64,000 bases of DNA from an uncultured Acidobacteriota bacterium (GCA_963700145.1 OY969474.1:2144001-2208000); one strand, 5' to 3'. Numbered from the stretch's first letter, positions 1 to 9,435 are shown. A program made the numbers and translations. Notes: a model not told the origin generated them from the letters alone.

Positions 1-907
1 CCAGGTCGAGGAAGGCCAGCTCGTTGCGCCCGCCGACGTTCCAGAGGAGCGCCGCGGTCGTGCCGTCGCGGCTGACCGCGAGGCCGCCGAGCGGGGCGTC
101 GTCGCGCGCCGCCAGCACCTCCAGCGGACTCGCCGCGCCGTCCGGCCCGAGGCGCACGCGGGCGAAGGCGACGAGGTCGAGGTCGAGGTCGGCGCCCAGG
201 TAGACCGCGCCGCCGTCCGGCGCGAAGATGCCGCCGAAGAAGTTGCCCGGGGGCTGATGCGGGGTGAGGAGCGTCTCGGCGCCGGTCGCGAGGTCGAGCA
301 GCACGAGGTCGCTGTCGCTGCGGCTGACGACGCGGCCGACGACGGCACGGCGGCCGTCGCGGCTCAGGTCGGAGAAGGTGCCGACCCCGGGGTTCCTGGC
401 CGCCAGCCGCGCCTCGCGGCGCTCGAGGTCGTAGAGGTAGCTGTCCATCGACGCCGCGCCGCCGCGGTTCGAGGAGAAGCCGAGCCGGCGGCCGTCGTCG
501 CTCCAGGGGCCGAGCCAGTTGTTCTCCTTGCCGCCGTCGGTCAGGCGCACCGCGTCGCGGCCGTCGGGGCGCACCAGGTAGATCTGCGTGTTGAGGCCGC
601 CCCCCGGCGCCACGGTGAGCGCCAGCCAGGCGCCGTCGGGCGACCACGCGACCTCCCCCACCGGGTCGTCGAAGGCGGTCACCTGCCGCGGCCAGCCGCC
701 GGCGGCCGGCACCACCCAGACCTGCGGCAGCCCGGAGAGGGTCGAGACGAAGGCGATCTCCGTGCCGTCCGGCGAGAAGCTGGGGGAGAAGCAGGAGCCG
801 ATCTTGGTCATCCGCGCCACCGCGGCTTCGAGGTCGTCGGCCGCCGCCGCGCCCGCCGGCGGCGCGGCGAGCAGGAGACCCAGGGCGAGGAGGAGGAGCC
901 TCCTCAC
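1..907 (-). CDS. S9-family peptidase (N-terminal signal peptide and PD40/TolB-like beta-propeller); partial, runs off the window
   Basis: My translation from GTG at 907: MRRLLLLALGLLLAAPPAGA...PSFSPDGTEIAFVS...VAWSPDGAWLA...FAPDG. The GTG overlaps the transporter stop (GTGA). The catalytic domain is outside the window. Confidence 0.7.
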   Translation of the reverse strand, partial: MRRLLLLALGLLLAAPPAGAAAADDLEAAVARMTKIGSCFSPSFSPDGTEIAFVSTLSGLPQVWVVPAAGGWPRQVTAFDDPVGEVAWSPDGAWLALTVAPGGGLNTQIYLVRPDGRDAVRLTDGGKENNWLGPWSDDGRRLGFSSNRGGAASMDSYLYDLERREARLAARNPGVGTFSDLSRDGRRAVVGRVVSRSDSDLVLLDLATGAETLLTPHQPPGNFFGGIFAPDGGAVYLGADLDLDLVAFARVRLGPDGAASPLEVLAARDDAPLGGLAVSRDGTTAALLWNVGGRNELAFLDL

Positions 908-2109
908 AGCAGCATCCCGGCGATCGTGGCGGTCTGGAAGGTGGCGAGGGAGCCGGCGATCATGGCGCGCAGCCCGAGGCGGGCGAGGTCCGACTTCCGC
1001 TCCGGGGCGAGGGCGCCGATGCCGCCGATCTGGATGGCGATCGAGGAGAAGTTGGAGAAGCCGCAGAGGGCGTAGGTGGCGATGATGCGCGAGCGGTCGG
1101 AGAGCTCGCCGGCGCCGACCATCTCCTGCAGCCGGATGTAGCCCACGAACTCGTTGACCACGGTCTTGATGCCGAGCAGTGACCCGACGTCCGCGGCCTC
1201 CCGCCACGGCACCCCCATCACCCAGGCGAGCGGCTGGAAAAGAACGCCCAGGATCAGCTCGATGGTCAGCTCGGGGTAGCCGAAGAGCCCGCCGAACCAC
1301 ACCAGCAGGGCGTTGGCCAGCGCCACCAGGCCGATGAAGGCGATGAGCATCGCGGCGACGTTGAGGGCCAGCTTCATGCCGTCCGTGGCGCCGTCGGCGG
1401 CGGCGTCGAGGACGTTCGACCACGGGCGCTCGGGCTCCAGCGTGACCTGCCCCTTGGTGCGGCTCTCCTCGATCTCGGGGAAGGCGAGCTTCGCCATCAG
1501 CAGGCTGGCCGGCGCGGACATGACGCTGGAGGCGATGAGGTGCCCGGCGTCCACCCCCATGCCGACGTAGGCGGCGAGGACACCGCCGGCGAGGTTGGAG
1601 AAGCCGCCGGTCATCACCGCCATCAGCTCGGACTTGGTGAGGAACGGGACGTACGGCTTGATCAGCAGCGGCGCCTCCGTCTGGCCGACGAAGACGTTGA
1701 CCGCCGAGGCCAGCGACTCGGCCCCGGACGTGCCCATCACCCGCACCATGATCCAGGCGAAAACGCGGACGATGAACTGGATGACGCCGACGTAGTAGAG
1801 GACGGTGATGACGCTGGAGAAGAAGATGATCGTCGGCAGCACCTTGAAGGCGAAGAAGTGCTCGCCGAAGCCGTCGCCGAACATGAAGCGGGCGCCGGCG
1901 TCGGAGAAGTCGAGGAAGACCGTCACCGCGTCGGAGAGCCAGGCGAAGAAGGCCTCGCCGGCCGGGGTCTTCAGGATGATGACGGCGAAGAGGAGCTGGA
2001 GGAGGGTGCCGGTGATCACCGTCCGCCAGGGGATGATGCGCTTGTTGTTCGACATCGACCAGGCGAGCAGGAGCATGACCAGCATCCCGAAGAGGGAGAT
2101 GAATCGCAA
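904..2109 (-). CDS. NupC/CNT-family concentrative nucleoside transporter
   Basis: Motifs FAFKVLPTIIFFSS, GTSGAESL, FVGQTEAPL and YALCGFSNFSSIAIQIGG. Confidence 0.95.
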   Translation of the reverse strand: MRFISLFGMLVMLLLAWSMSNNKRIIPWRTVITGTLLQLLFAVIILKTPAGEAFFAWLSDAVTVFLDFSDAGARFMFGDGFGEHFFAFKVLPTIIFFSSVITVLYYVGVIQFIVRVFAWIMVRVMGTSGAESLASAVNVFVGQTEAPLLIKPYVPFLTKSELMAVMTGGFSNLAGGVLAAYVGMGVDAGHLIASSVMSAPASLLMAKLAFPEIEESRTKGQVTLEPERPWSNVLDAAADGATDGMKLALNVAAMLIAFIGLVALANALLVWFGGLFGYPELTIELILGVLFQPLAWVMGVPWREAADVGSLLGIKTVVNEFVGYIRLQEMVGAGELSDRSRIIATYALCGFSNFSSIAIQIGGIGALAPERKSDLARLGLRAMIAGSLATFQTATIAGMLL

Positions 2110-2170
2110 GGCCGCCTCCGTGCGCCGGAAGTGTCGGGGCTGAGCGCGGGCGCGAGGCTATACTTCGGGA

Positions 2171-2503
2171 GTGACAGACTTCAACACCGCCCTCGGCCTC
2201 GCGCCCGGCGAGGACGGGAGCGTCGTCCTCGACGCCGGCGCCGCGCACGAGGTGGCGCCGGACACCGTGCACTTCGCCGTCCTCGCCACCCTCGCCGAGG
2301 TCGCCGCCGCGCGCGCCGTCGGCGCCCCGGTCGTCCCCGCCGCGGTCAGCGTGCAACTCCTATCCCGCGCCCGCCCCGGCCGCCTCGTCGGCCGCGGCCG
2401 GGTCCTGAAGCGCGGCCGCCGCCTGGCCTTCGCTGAAGGCGAGGTCACGCAGGACGGCGAGCTGGTGGCGAAGGCAACGATCACCTTCGCGCTACTGGGC
2501 TAG
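2171..2503 (+). CDS. PaaI-family hotdog thioesterase
   Basis: 110 aa with VHF..LATLAE..A and GRVLKRGRRLAFAEGEV...ELVAKAT; TATACT lies 6 nt before the GTG. Confidence 0.8.
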   Translation: MTDFNTALGLAPGEDGSVVLDAGAAHEVAPDTVHFAVLATLAEVAAARAVGAPVVPAAVSVQLLSRARPGRLVGRGRVLKRGRRLAFAEGEVTQDGELVAKATITFALLG

Positions 2504-2530
2504 CTGGTCCGCTGTGCTAGCGTTTCCGCG

Positions 2531-2680
2531 ATGAAATTTCTCACCCTCGCGGCCCTTCGCCGGGCACGGGCCCTCGCGGCCGTCACGGAGCTGCAGCGCC
2601 TCTCTTCCGAGCGGGGCCTCGCAGTGATCTCCCCTGAGGAGATCGACGAGGAGATCCAAGCCGCGCGCCGCGCGCGCTGA
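2531..2680 (+). pseudogene. Phd/YefM-type antitoxin remnant with an apparent internal deletion
   Basis: MKFLT joins directly to LAALRRARALAAVTELQRLSSERG...EEIDEEIQAARRAR; lies just upstream of a PIN toxin fragment. Confidence 0.55.
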
Positions 2681-2694
2681 CGCCCCAGGCCGGC

Positions 2695-2833
2695 ATGCGG
2701 ATCGTCCTGGACACGAACGTGGTCGTGTCCGGGCTGCTCAACGCCTTCGGTCCCTCTGCCCAGATCGTTCGCCTCGTCGCCGCCGGCAACCTGGACCTGT
2801 GCTACGACGCCCGGATCCTGACCGAATACCGCT
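2695..2833 (+). pseudogene. PIN-domain toxin, 3'-truncated
   Basis: MRIVLDTNVVVSGLL...PSAQIVRLV...YDARILTEYR, then similarity is lost where the opposite-strand mazF-like gene ends. Confidence 0.75.
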
Positions 2834-2880
2834 GCTCCAGCCAAGGGCCACGGCCGCTTCCGGCCTCCGCAGGCGGCGCG

Positions 2881-3240
2881 TCAAGGGATCAGAGCGAGAG
2901 TGTGGCAGAGCGCTGCATCTACGGCGCTCATCGGCAGGCGGCCTATCCTTCGGTCCAGCTCGGAGACACCGACTGTCGCTAGGTTGTCCGTCATCACGAG
3001 GGAGTCGGCCAGCAACCCGGATTCACTTCCTCCAGGGTCTGAAAGCCGGATGAGCACCCGGCTCGGGTGCCCGCTGCGAAAGAGGCGGCTGGTGATCAAC
3101 GCGATGACGACTTGATCGAGGCCCGTGTCGAGGTCGTCGGCTTGCACCACAAGGGCCGGCCGGAGCCTCGCCGTACGGAGGTCCGAGTTTGGGAAGAGCA
3201 CCAGAACGACGTCACCGCGCCGGAAGTCTGGCGTCGTCAT
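2881..3240 (-). CDS. PemK/MazF-family toxin
   Basis: RRGDVVLVLFPNSDLRTARLRPALVVQ...SGLLADSLVMTDNLATV...IGRL. Confidence 0.9.
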   Translation of the reverse strand: MTTPDFRRGDVVLVLFPNSDLRTARLRPALVVQADDLDTGLDQVVIALITSRLFRSGHPSRVLIRLSDPGGSESGLLADSLVMTDNLATVGVSELDRRIGRLPMSAVDAALCHTLALIP

Positions 3241-3466
3241 AGTGGTCGTACGCCGCCATCTCGGGGCTCTCCCAATCCTCGGCGAAGCGGGCAAGGCGCC
3301 CCCGTAGATCAGCCGCCCCGCGTTCGTCGATTCCCCGAGTGGCGAGAGGGATGCCGTCGCCCTGGAGGAACGTCACCAGCACCCGCGTCTCCTCGGCCAC
3401 CTGGGCGGGTTCCTCGGCCAGCTCCACCCGACCTGCCCGGTAGATTCCTTCGACCGTCTTGAGCAT
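3212..3466 (-). CDS. Putative antitoxin of the MazF-like toxin
   Basis: MLKTVEGIYRAGRVELAEEP...FAEDWESPEMAAYD; overlaps the toxin start. Confidence 0.75.
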   Translation of the reverse strand: MLKTVEGIYRAGRVELAEEPAQVAEETRVLVTFLQGDGIPLATRGIDERGAADLRGRLARFAEDWESPEMAAYDHYDDARLPAR

Positions 3467-3533
3467 GGGTCCACCCTTTCGAGCAAGCGCCATTCTACCT
3501 GCTCACCCGCGTTGCGCCGCTTCTACTGCGGGG

Positions 3534-3864
3534 ATGCAAGGCTTCAACGACGCTCCTCGGGTCGCGCCCGGCGATGACAGCACGATGCTGCTCGACGCCG
3601 GCGCCGCGCACGAGGTGGCGCCGGACACCGTGCACTTCGCAGTCCTCGCCACCCTCGCCGAGGTCGCCGCCGCGCGCCGTAGGCGCCCTGGTCGTCCCCC
3701 CGCAATCGGTCAACGTGCAGCTCCTCTCCCGCGCTCGCCCCGGCAGCCTCTTCGGCGGCGGCCGGCTCCTCCGCCGCGGCCGCCACCTCGCCTTCGCCGA
3801 AGGCGAGGTCATGCAGGACGGCGAGCTGGTGCCGAAAGCCACCAGTACCTTTGCGATACTCTGA
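3534..3864 (+). pseudogene. Frameshifted duplicate of the 2171-2503 thioesterase gene
   Basis: Shares LDAGAAHEVAPDTVHFAVLATLAEVAAAR nearly base for base with the intact gene; 2-nt loss near 3672; the C-terminal part is in another frame. Confidence 0.9.
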
Positions 3865-3887
3865 GAAACGATCCGGAACGATCTAGC

Positions 3888-3977
3888 GCCTAACTTCACG
3901 TTTGAGAGGGTGCGGCGGTCTTACCCTCGCGGTGGGGATCCTGCGGCCGCACCGCTGACCTGGGAGAGCTCTGAGGC
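3888..3977 (+). other. Degenerate attC-like recombination site
   Basis: GCCTAAC, then GGTGCGGC...GCCGCACC stem, then CTGAGGC (5/7 match to GTTAGGC). Confidence 0.5.
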
Positions 3978-4006
3978 ACCCCGTGTAGCCGACGAAAGAG
4001 TTGGAT

Positions 4007-4504
4007 ATGACGTATCCAGAGGAAGTGCAAGAGGCGTTCGGGTGGTATGGCGCAGCGATGCACAACAGCCAATTCCTCGAGGGTGACCTCATAACTCTCC
4101 AGCTTGTGGCATCTGCACTTGCTGGCGAAGCTGCTACAGAGGTCGAGTTGCGAGGCCTTGAATTTGCTCTCACTGGGCGGACACTCGGCCAGCTGCTAAC
4201 CCACCTTCAAGCCGCGATCACAGTGCCAGCGCGTGACCGCGAGCTATGGCAACAGGTCCTGGACCTGCGCAACCGCTTAGCCCACGGCTTCTTCTGGAAG
4301 AACCAGCAACGGCTGACCAGCGTTCAGGGCTGCAGAACCGTTGCCGAGGAACTTCGGCAGGCGGCTCTTGCGTTTGATGAGGCGTCTCAGCGAGCCCGTG
4401 CCCTTCTTGAACAGTGCATTACGAAGCTTGGTATTGACGGCGCCGTGTGGAAAGCACAGGTCAATGCCGAGTTTGCGCGACTCCTCAGAGTCGATCCAAC
4501 GTAG
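4007..4504 (+). CDS. Hypothetical protein with a HEPN-like Rx4H motif (cassette-like, lower GC)
   Basis: RTLGQLL...LRNRLAHGFFW; codon usage differs from the host genes. Confidence 0.6.
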   Translation: MTYPEEVQEAFGWYGAAMHNSQFLEGDLITLQLVASALAGEAATEVELRGLEFALTGRTLGQLLTHLQAAITVPARDRELWQQVLDLRNRLAHGFFWKNQQRLTSVQGCRTVAEELRQAALAFDEASQRARALLEQCITKLGIDGAVWKAQVNAEFARLLRVDPT

Positions 4505-4520
4505 TGGTGGTGGCGCGGAC

Positions 4521-4613
4521 GCCTAAGACCTGTGAGACGACGATTGCGCCGCGCATGGCACAGTGAAATTCTAGCGCTGTCCGCTCGTCGCTCCGCAGAC
4601 CCTGATGTTGGAG
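4521..4613 (+). other. Degenerate attC-like site
   Basis: GCCTAA, then imperfect arms CTGTGAGACGACGA...TCGTCGCTCCGCAG, then GTTGGAG; begins 17 nt after the 4504 stop. Confidence 0.45.
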
Positions 4614-4929
4614 GAAATCCGAAACCACGTGACCGCCGCCCCAGGGCCGAGTGCCAGGTAATTACCGGATCCCAAAAGTAGGTACAAAATGATTAGTGTT
4701 TACGGCTGGAGAGAGAGTCAGCCGATCACATGGTTCAGCAGGAACCTTACAAACTCAAATCAAGTATGCCTCTATTGTGGCGCTGTTGTCGGTGGAGGTT
4801 CCAAAATCCTCTCTGGCAAGGAACACCTAATCGGGCGGAATTTTGTACCCAAGGGATCCTTGGACAAGAGCTTCAACAGGTTGACACTTCGGTTGGGGGA
4901 AAATCCCCTCGACGTGGAGAGACGACTCG

Positions 4930-5355
4930 ATGTCATCACAGGGTAGGAAGGACGAGGGACGGGCGGTGGGGGTGGGCGGGGCTGCGGGGTCCGGAGCGGA
5001 GCGCAGCGTAGAGCAGGACCCCGCAGCCCTCGAGACACGAGGCAGACCGGGGCGCCGGAGTGTCGAGGATCGCGTCGAGGCGGTGCTCGAGCTGCTGTCG
5101 GGCAAAGGCAGCGTGGAGCAGATCGCGCGGCGCTACGGGGTGCAAGCCGAGACGGTCGAGCGCTGGCGGGAGGTGGCGCTGGAAGGTCTGGCCACCTCGT
5201 TGCGGCAGGGCTCGGGCAAGAGCGGGCGGGAGCTGGCGCTGGAGCGCGAGCTGCGCGACCTCGAGCAAGTCTTTACCCGCGTGGCCATGCAGAAGGAGCT
5301 GCTCGAGAGGGCCTTAAGCGAGCGCCCTTCTCAGCCCAGGAGGTCCGGGCGATGA
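4930..5355 (+). CDS. IS3 transposase OrfA (HTH)
   Basis: RVEAVLELLSGKGSVEQIARRYGVQAETVERWR followed by a coiled coil. Confidence 0.85.
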   Translation: MSSQGRKDEGRAVGVGGAAGSGAERSVEQDPAALETRGRPGRRSVEDRVEAVLELLSGKGSVEQIARRYGVQAETVERWREVALEGLATSLRQGSGKSGRELALERELRDLEQVFTRVAMQKELLERALSERPSQPRRSGR

Positions 5356-6233
5356 GCCGCACCACCTCGCTGGGCGCAGCACCCGTGCGACTCGTCTGTG
5401 CGACCTTCGGCATCTCGCCTCAGGCCTACTACGCCGCCGGCCATAGGCGGCTGCAGCCAGCGGCGCCTGCGCCGCGCGCCGGGGCCTGGGCTACCGCCGA
5501 GCAGCTCACCGTCGCGATCCCACCCATCGTCCAGGCGCATCCCGGCTGGGGGGTGCGCAAGGTCTGGGCGGTGCTGCGCCGGCAGGGCCTGGTGGCTTCC
5601 CACAAGCGCGTCTGGGCGCTGATGCGTCATTTGGGATTGACGCTGCCGCCGGTGGTCGAGCGCCGCGAGGAGGCCGCCCGTGGTCACGTCACGGTGGCCG
5701 ACTCCAACCGCCGCTGGGCCACCGACCTGACCACCATCTGGACCCGCCAGGACGGCGTCGTGGCGCTGGTGCCGGTCATCGACTGCGGCGACCGTTTCGC
5801 CCTCGCCTGCGCCGTCACCAAGTCCCAAGAGGCGCCGTGCGTTCTGGCGCCCGTGGGCACCTCGCTCTGGAGCGAATTCCACCGTCCCGAAGAAGTGCCC
5901 GACAGCTTGGAGCTACGCTCCGACCACGGCCCGCAATACACCGGCGCCGACTGCGCCGCGCTGTGTGCGCGCTGGCGACTCGACCACACCCTGGCGCCCG
6001 TCGGACGACCCACCGGCAACGCCGTGGCCGAGCGTTTCATCCTGACTCTGAAGTCCGAGCTCATCTGGACCCGCGACTGGGACTCCGCAGCCGAGCTCGA
6101 TCAGGCCCTCCGCCACTGGCTCGACGACTACAACCATCAGCGGCCTCACCAGGCTCTCGGCTGGCAGACACCGGCCGAGCGCCGAGCCGCCAACCTCAAC
6201 CACCGCACCGCCGCGGCACGCGCCGCGCGCTGA
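5352..6233 (+). CDS. IS3 transposase OrfB (rve DDE domain)
   Basis: WATDLT, LRSDHGPQY, NAVAERFILTLKSE and YNHQRPHQAL motifs; ATGA overlap with orfA. Confidence 0.92.
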   Translation: MSRTTSLGAAPVRLVCATFGISPQAYYAAGHRRLQPAAPAPRAGAWATAEQLTVAIPPIVQAHPGWGVRKVWAVLRRQGLVASHKRVWALMRHLGLTLPPVVERREEAARGHVTVADSNRRWATDLTTIWTRQDGVVALVPVIDCGDRFALACAVTKSQEAPCVLAPVGTSLWSEFHRPEEVPDSLELRSDHGPQYTGADCAALCARWRLDHTLAPVGRPTGNAVAERFILTLKSELIWTRDWDSAAELDQALRHWLDDYNHQRPHQALGWQTPAERRAANLNHRTAAARAAR

Positions 6234-7003
6234 TCATGAACCCAGGGTTTCTCCTCTACCCGAGTGTCTTGACTGGATGGGAACACCACACACCGCTGAG
6301 CGTCACGTCTCGTCCGTTACCCTCTTCAACAGCCCCGCCCGTGCAGTAGATCAGGACGTCGGCGCAATAGCATTGCACAAAGCATCAGCTGACTACCACC
6401 CCGACAAGGGCGGCGTGTTGGTCAAGGATGCGAGTGAGCATCTCGCGATCGAGTTCGGCTGGGCCGGCGGTCGGATGAAGCTCAGCGGTATTGCTCCCCC
6501 TCAACTGAGCCCGCATGCTGTTGGACGTCTCTCGTACCATCACATACAAGCCCTGTTCACCCTCGTCACCACCGAGGACCCTCGCATTGCGGAGAAGATC
6601 AGCCTGTTGCCTATCGAGCATTTCGGCTTGTTTTCCTACTACAGTCATTGGGACTGGGGCAATCCGCGGCTTGTGGAGCTCTCGAAGCGAGCTGCCGGAT
6701 GGGCTTGTCGGGCGCATGTTGCTGCAGCGGGAGGATACTACAAGGCGATACTCAGGCGGTCCGACAACGGATCGGACGGATGGTTCTGGGCGCTCGAATG
6801 GAACTGTTTTCTTAGACTTGTCGGCTGGATTTACTATCCTTCGCAGCAACCGCAGTTGTTCAGCGATCTTCCAAAGCGCGAAGGGTTGTCGTTGCCGGGT
6901 GAACACGGGCGACTCGGACGAGAAATCCCCTTGTCAGAGGCCGACGACAACCTGTTTGCCGTCCTCCCATAGTCCGCATCCTCCGGACTTGCAGCGATAA
7001 AGA

Positions 7004-8185
7004 CTAGAAGTCGAAGTAGCCGTCGCGCACTCGCACCGACACGCCCGACCGCCGCACCCGGACCGCCACCTTGTGCCAGCGGCCGTCGTTCTTGGCGTCG
7101 GAGGCGTAGTAGCCGAGGACGTACTGCTCGCGCAGCTCGGCGAGGATGGCGCCGAAGGCGGCCGGCAGCTCCTCGATCGTGTCGATCGTCACGATCCGCC
7201 CGCCGCTCTCGCGCACCGTCCGCTCGAGCAGGTCGAACTCGGCGGCGTTGGCCTCGGCGTTGCGCCAGGCCGAGGAGAAGGACTTCCGCTTGACCTTGGC
7301 GCCGAACTGGATCCAGTAGACCAGGGTCTGGCTGGTCCCCGCCTTCCACAGCGCGTCCTGCATCGACAGCGCGCTGTGCACCTCGGCGCCGTCGGAGAGG
7401 AGCACCACGACCCGCCGCCCCTGCTGCGACTCGAGGAGCTTCAGGGCCATGTACATGTGGTCGGCCACCGCCGAGCCGCCGCCGGCCGTGACCTGCGCCA
7501 GCGCCTGCCGCAGCACCTGCGGGTCCTGGGTGAAGGGGGTGGTGGCGAGCAGGCGGTCGGAGAAGAGGGCGAGCATCGCCTCGTCGAGCGGCTTCATGCC
7601 GGCGACGAAGGCGGCCGCGCCGTCCACCGCGGCGCGCAGCCGCTCCCCCTGCATGCTCTCGCTGCTGTCGACCAGCAGGACGGCGGTGAACGGCAGCTCG
7701 CCGCGCCCGAAGGTGATGAGCTTCTGCTCCTTGCCGTTGTCCTGGATCGTGAAGTCGTCGCCGTCGAGGTCGAGCGCCCGCTCGCCGCCGCGCTGGACGG
7801 TGACGAAGAGCTGCTGCAGCTCGAGGGTCATCTCGTCGTCGATCTGCACCGCCACGGTGCGCACCACGTCGCTGGCGGTGGCGCCGGAGGCGCCGACGGC
7901 GACTACCTTGAACTCGCGCTCGGCGTTGTCGTCCCCGGCCTCGACGACCATGCGGTAGGGGGGCGCGTTGAAGGTCGCCACCCGCTTGCCGTTCAAGAAG
8001 AACTCGACCTTCTGCACCGCCTCGTTGGCCTGCACCGTGGCCTCGAACCCGGTCGGGCCGAAGACCGCCTGCCCCGCGGTCGGCGTCACGATGCGCGGCT
8101 GCACGGCCGCCCGCAGCGGGGCGCCGGCGGCGGCGAGGATGGGGGCGAGTGCGAGGAGGAGGACGAGGGTGCTGCGGCGCTTCAC
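7004..8185 (-). CDS. Secreted Ig-like plus VWA domain protein
   Basis: Signal peptide from GTG 8185; MIDAS DSSESM, VVLLSDG and ELREQYVLGY motifs. Confidence 0.85.
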   Translation of the reverse strand: MKRRSTLVLLLALAPILAAAGAPLRAAVQPRIVTPTAGQAVFGPTGFEATVQANEAVQKVEFFLNGKRVATFNAPPYRMVVEAGDDNAEREFKVVAVGASGATASDVVRTVAVQIDDEMTLELQQLFVTVQRGGERALDLDGDDFTIQDNGKEQKLITFGRGELPFTAVLLVDSSESMQGERLRAAVDGAAAFVAGMKPLDEAMLALFSDRLLATTPFTQDPQVLRQALAQVTAGGGSAVADHMYMALKLLESQQGRRVVVLLSDGAEVHSALSMQDALWKAGTSQTLVYWIQFGAKVKRKSFSSAWRNAEANAAEFDLLERTVRESGGRIVTIDTIEELPAAFGAILAELREQYVLGYYASDAKNDGRWHKVAVRVRRSGVSVRVRDGYFDF

Positions 8186-9360
8186 GGTCCGGTGTCTCCT
8201 ACCGCCGCCGGCACCGCCGGCTGGCCGAGCGCCTGCGCCAGCAGCGGCAGGCTGGAGCGCGCGCTCTCGACGAGCTGCCGGCGCACCGCCTCCCAGAGCT
8301 GCGCGGGGTCCTGGTTGTAGCGCAGCCGGGCGTCGCCGCGCTCGGCCGCCGGCAGGGCGAGGAAGCGGCCCATCAGCTCGCGCCCTTCGACCACCTTCCC
8401 CTGCCGGTCGAGCAGCGCGGCGAGCTGCAGGTAGATCGCGCCCTCGTTCGGGAAGCGCTCGAGCCCGGCGCGCAGCACCGACTCGGCGGCGGCGAGGTCC
8501 TTTTCGTCGGTGTGGACCCGCGCCAGCTCCTCGACGGCGAGGGCGCCGATCCAGCCCGGCATCCCGGTGAGCGGCCGCAGCGCCCGCACCGCATTGTCGC
8601 TCTGCCCGGTACGGTGGAGGTTGATGCCCAGGCGGAGGAGCGCCTGGGGCTGCATCGGATCGACGCCGAGGGCGCCGCGCAGGCTGCCGATCGCGCTCTC
8701 GTACTGGCCGCTCTTCTCGTAGATGACGGCCAGCCCCATGTACGCCGGGACGCTGCGCGGGTCGTAGCTCGTGGCGAGGGTGAACATCTGCCCGGCCAGG
8801 AGCTGCTGCGAGGCGTCGAGGAGGTAGCCGGCCAGGCTGTTGAGCAGCAGGGCGGCGGTCGCCCGCGCCCGGTCGTTGCCGGCGTGCCGCTCGTAGAGCA
8901 CCGCCAGGTCGCGCGCCATGCCGCGGGCGTGGGCGGTGAGCACCCTGTGGCGCCGCTCTCCCTGGTCGAGGTGGCGGCGATAGACCTCGTGGTGGAGGAC
9001 GGCCATCGGCACCAGCACCTCGAGGCTCGAGGCGGCCAGCTCTTGGACGACCTTCTCCTCCGCCTTGAGGAGGACCCTGCGGGCGTCGATGTCCCCCTCG
9101 CGCACGACCGCGGCCTCCACCGCCATGAGCCGCTGGGCGGCCGCGTCGTCCTGACCGCCGGCCCACAGCGCCAGGGCGCTGCGGTAGAAGTCCTGGATCC
9201 GGTCTTCGTTGAGCCGCTCGCCGGGGCGCAGCCCGAGCTCGGCGGCGCTCGTCTTGTCGGCGCGCGGGATGGAGTCCGCCGCCGCTCCCGGCACGGCAAC
9301 GGCCGCGGCGAGGACGAGGAGCGGCAGACCCCGCACCAACTTGGAGACGACCCCTGTCAC
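8182..9360 (-). CDS. Secreted TPR protein
   Basis: Signal peptide and TPR helices (AYMGLAVIYEKSGQYESAI, ALLRLGINLHRTGQ). Confidence 0.8.
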   Translation of the reverse strand: MTGVVSKLVRGLPLLVLAAAVAVPGAAADSIPRADKTSAAELGLRPGERLNEDRIQDFYRSALALWAGGQDDAAAQRLMAVEAAVVREGDIDARRVLLKAEEKVVQELAASSLEVLVPMAVLHHEVYRRHLDQGERRHRVLTAHARGMARDLAVLYERHAGNDRARATAALLLNSLAGYLLDASQQLLAGQMFTLATSYDPRSVPAYMGLAVIYEKSGQYESAIGSLRGALGVDPMQPQALLRLGINLHRTGQSDNAVRALRPLTGMPGWIGALAVEELARVHTDEKDLAAAESVLRAGLERFPNEGAIYLQLAALLDRQGKVVEGRELMGRFLALPAAERGDARLRYNQDPAQLWEAVRRQLVESARSSLPLLAQALGQPAVPAAVGDTGP

Positions 9361-9435
9361 GGTCGCGCTAACTTAGCGCACCGCGCGCGCACGAGCAAGG
9401 CTTCGCTTGCGCAATTGCTTGGCACCGTATGCGCG

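Larger units (their letters stand above)
4878..6290 (+). mobile_element. IS3-family insertion sequence; left end apparently truncated
   Basis: orfA/orfB pair. Right end is ...GAGTGTCTTGACTGGATGGGAACACCACA; only the inner part of this inverted repeat matches at 4881-4909. Confidence 0.8.
4689..6972 (+). pseudogene. HNH-like/zinc-binding protein gene split by an IS3 element (5' part 4689-4877, 3' part about 6292-6972)
   Basis: 5' part has CLYCG...KEHLIGRNFVP; the lower-GC reading frame resumes directly after the IS end (TAERHVSSVTLFNSP...). Confidence 0.65.
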
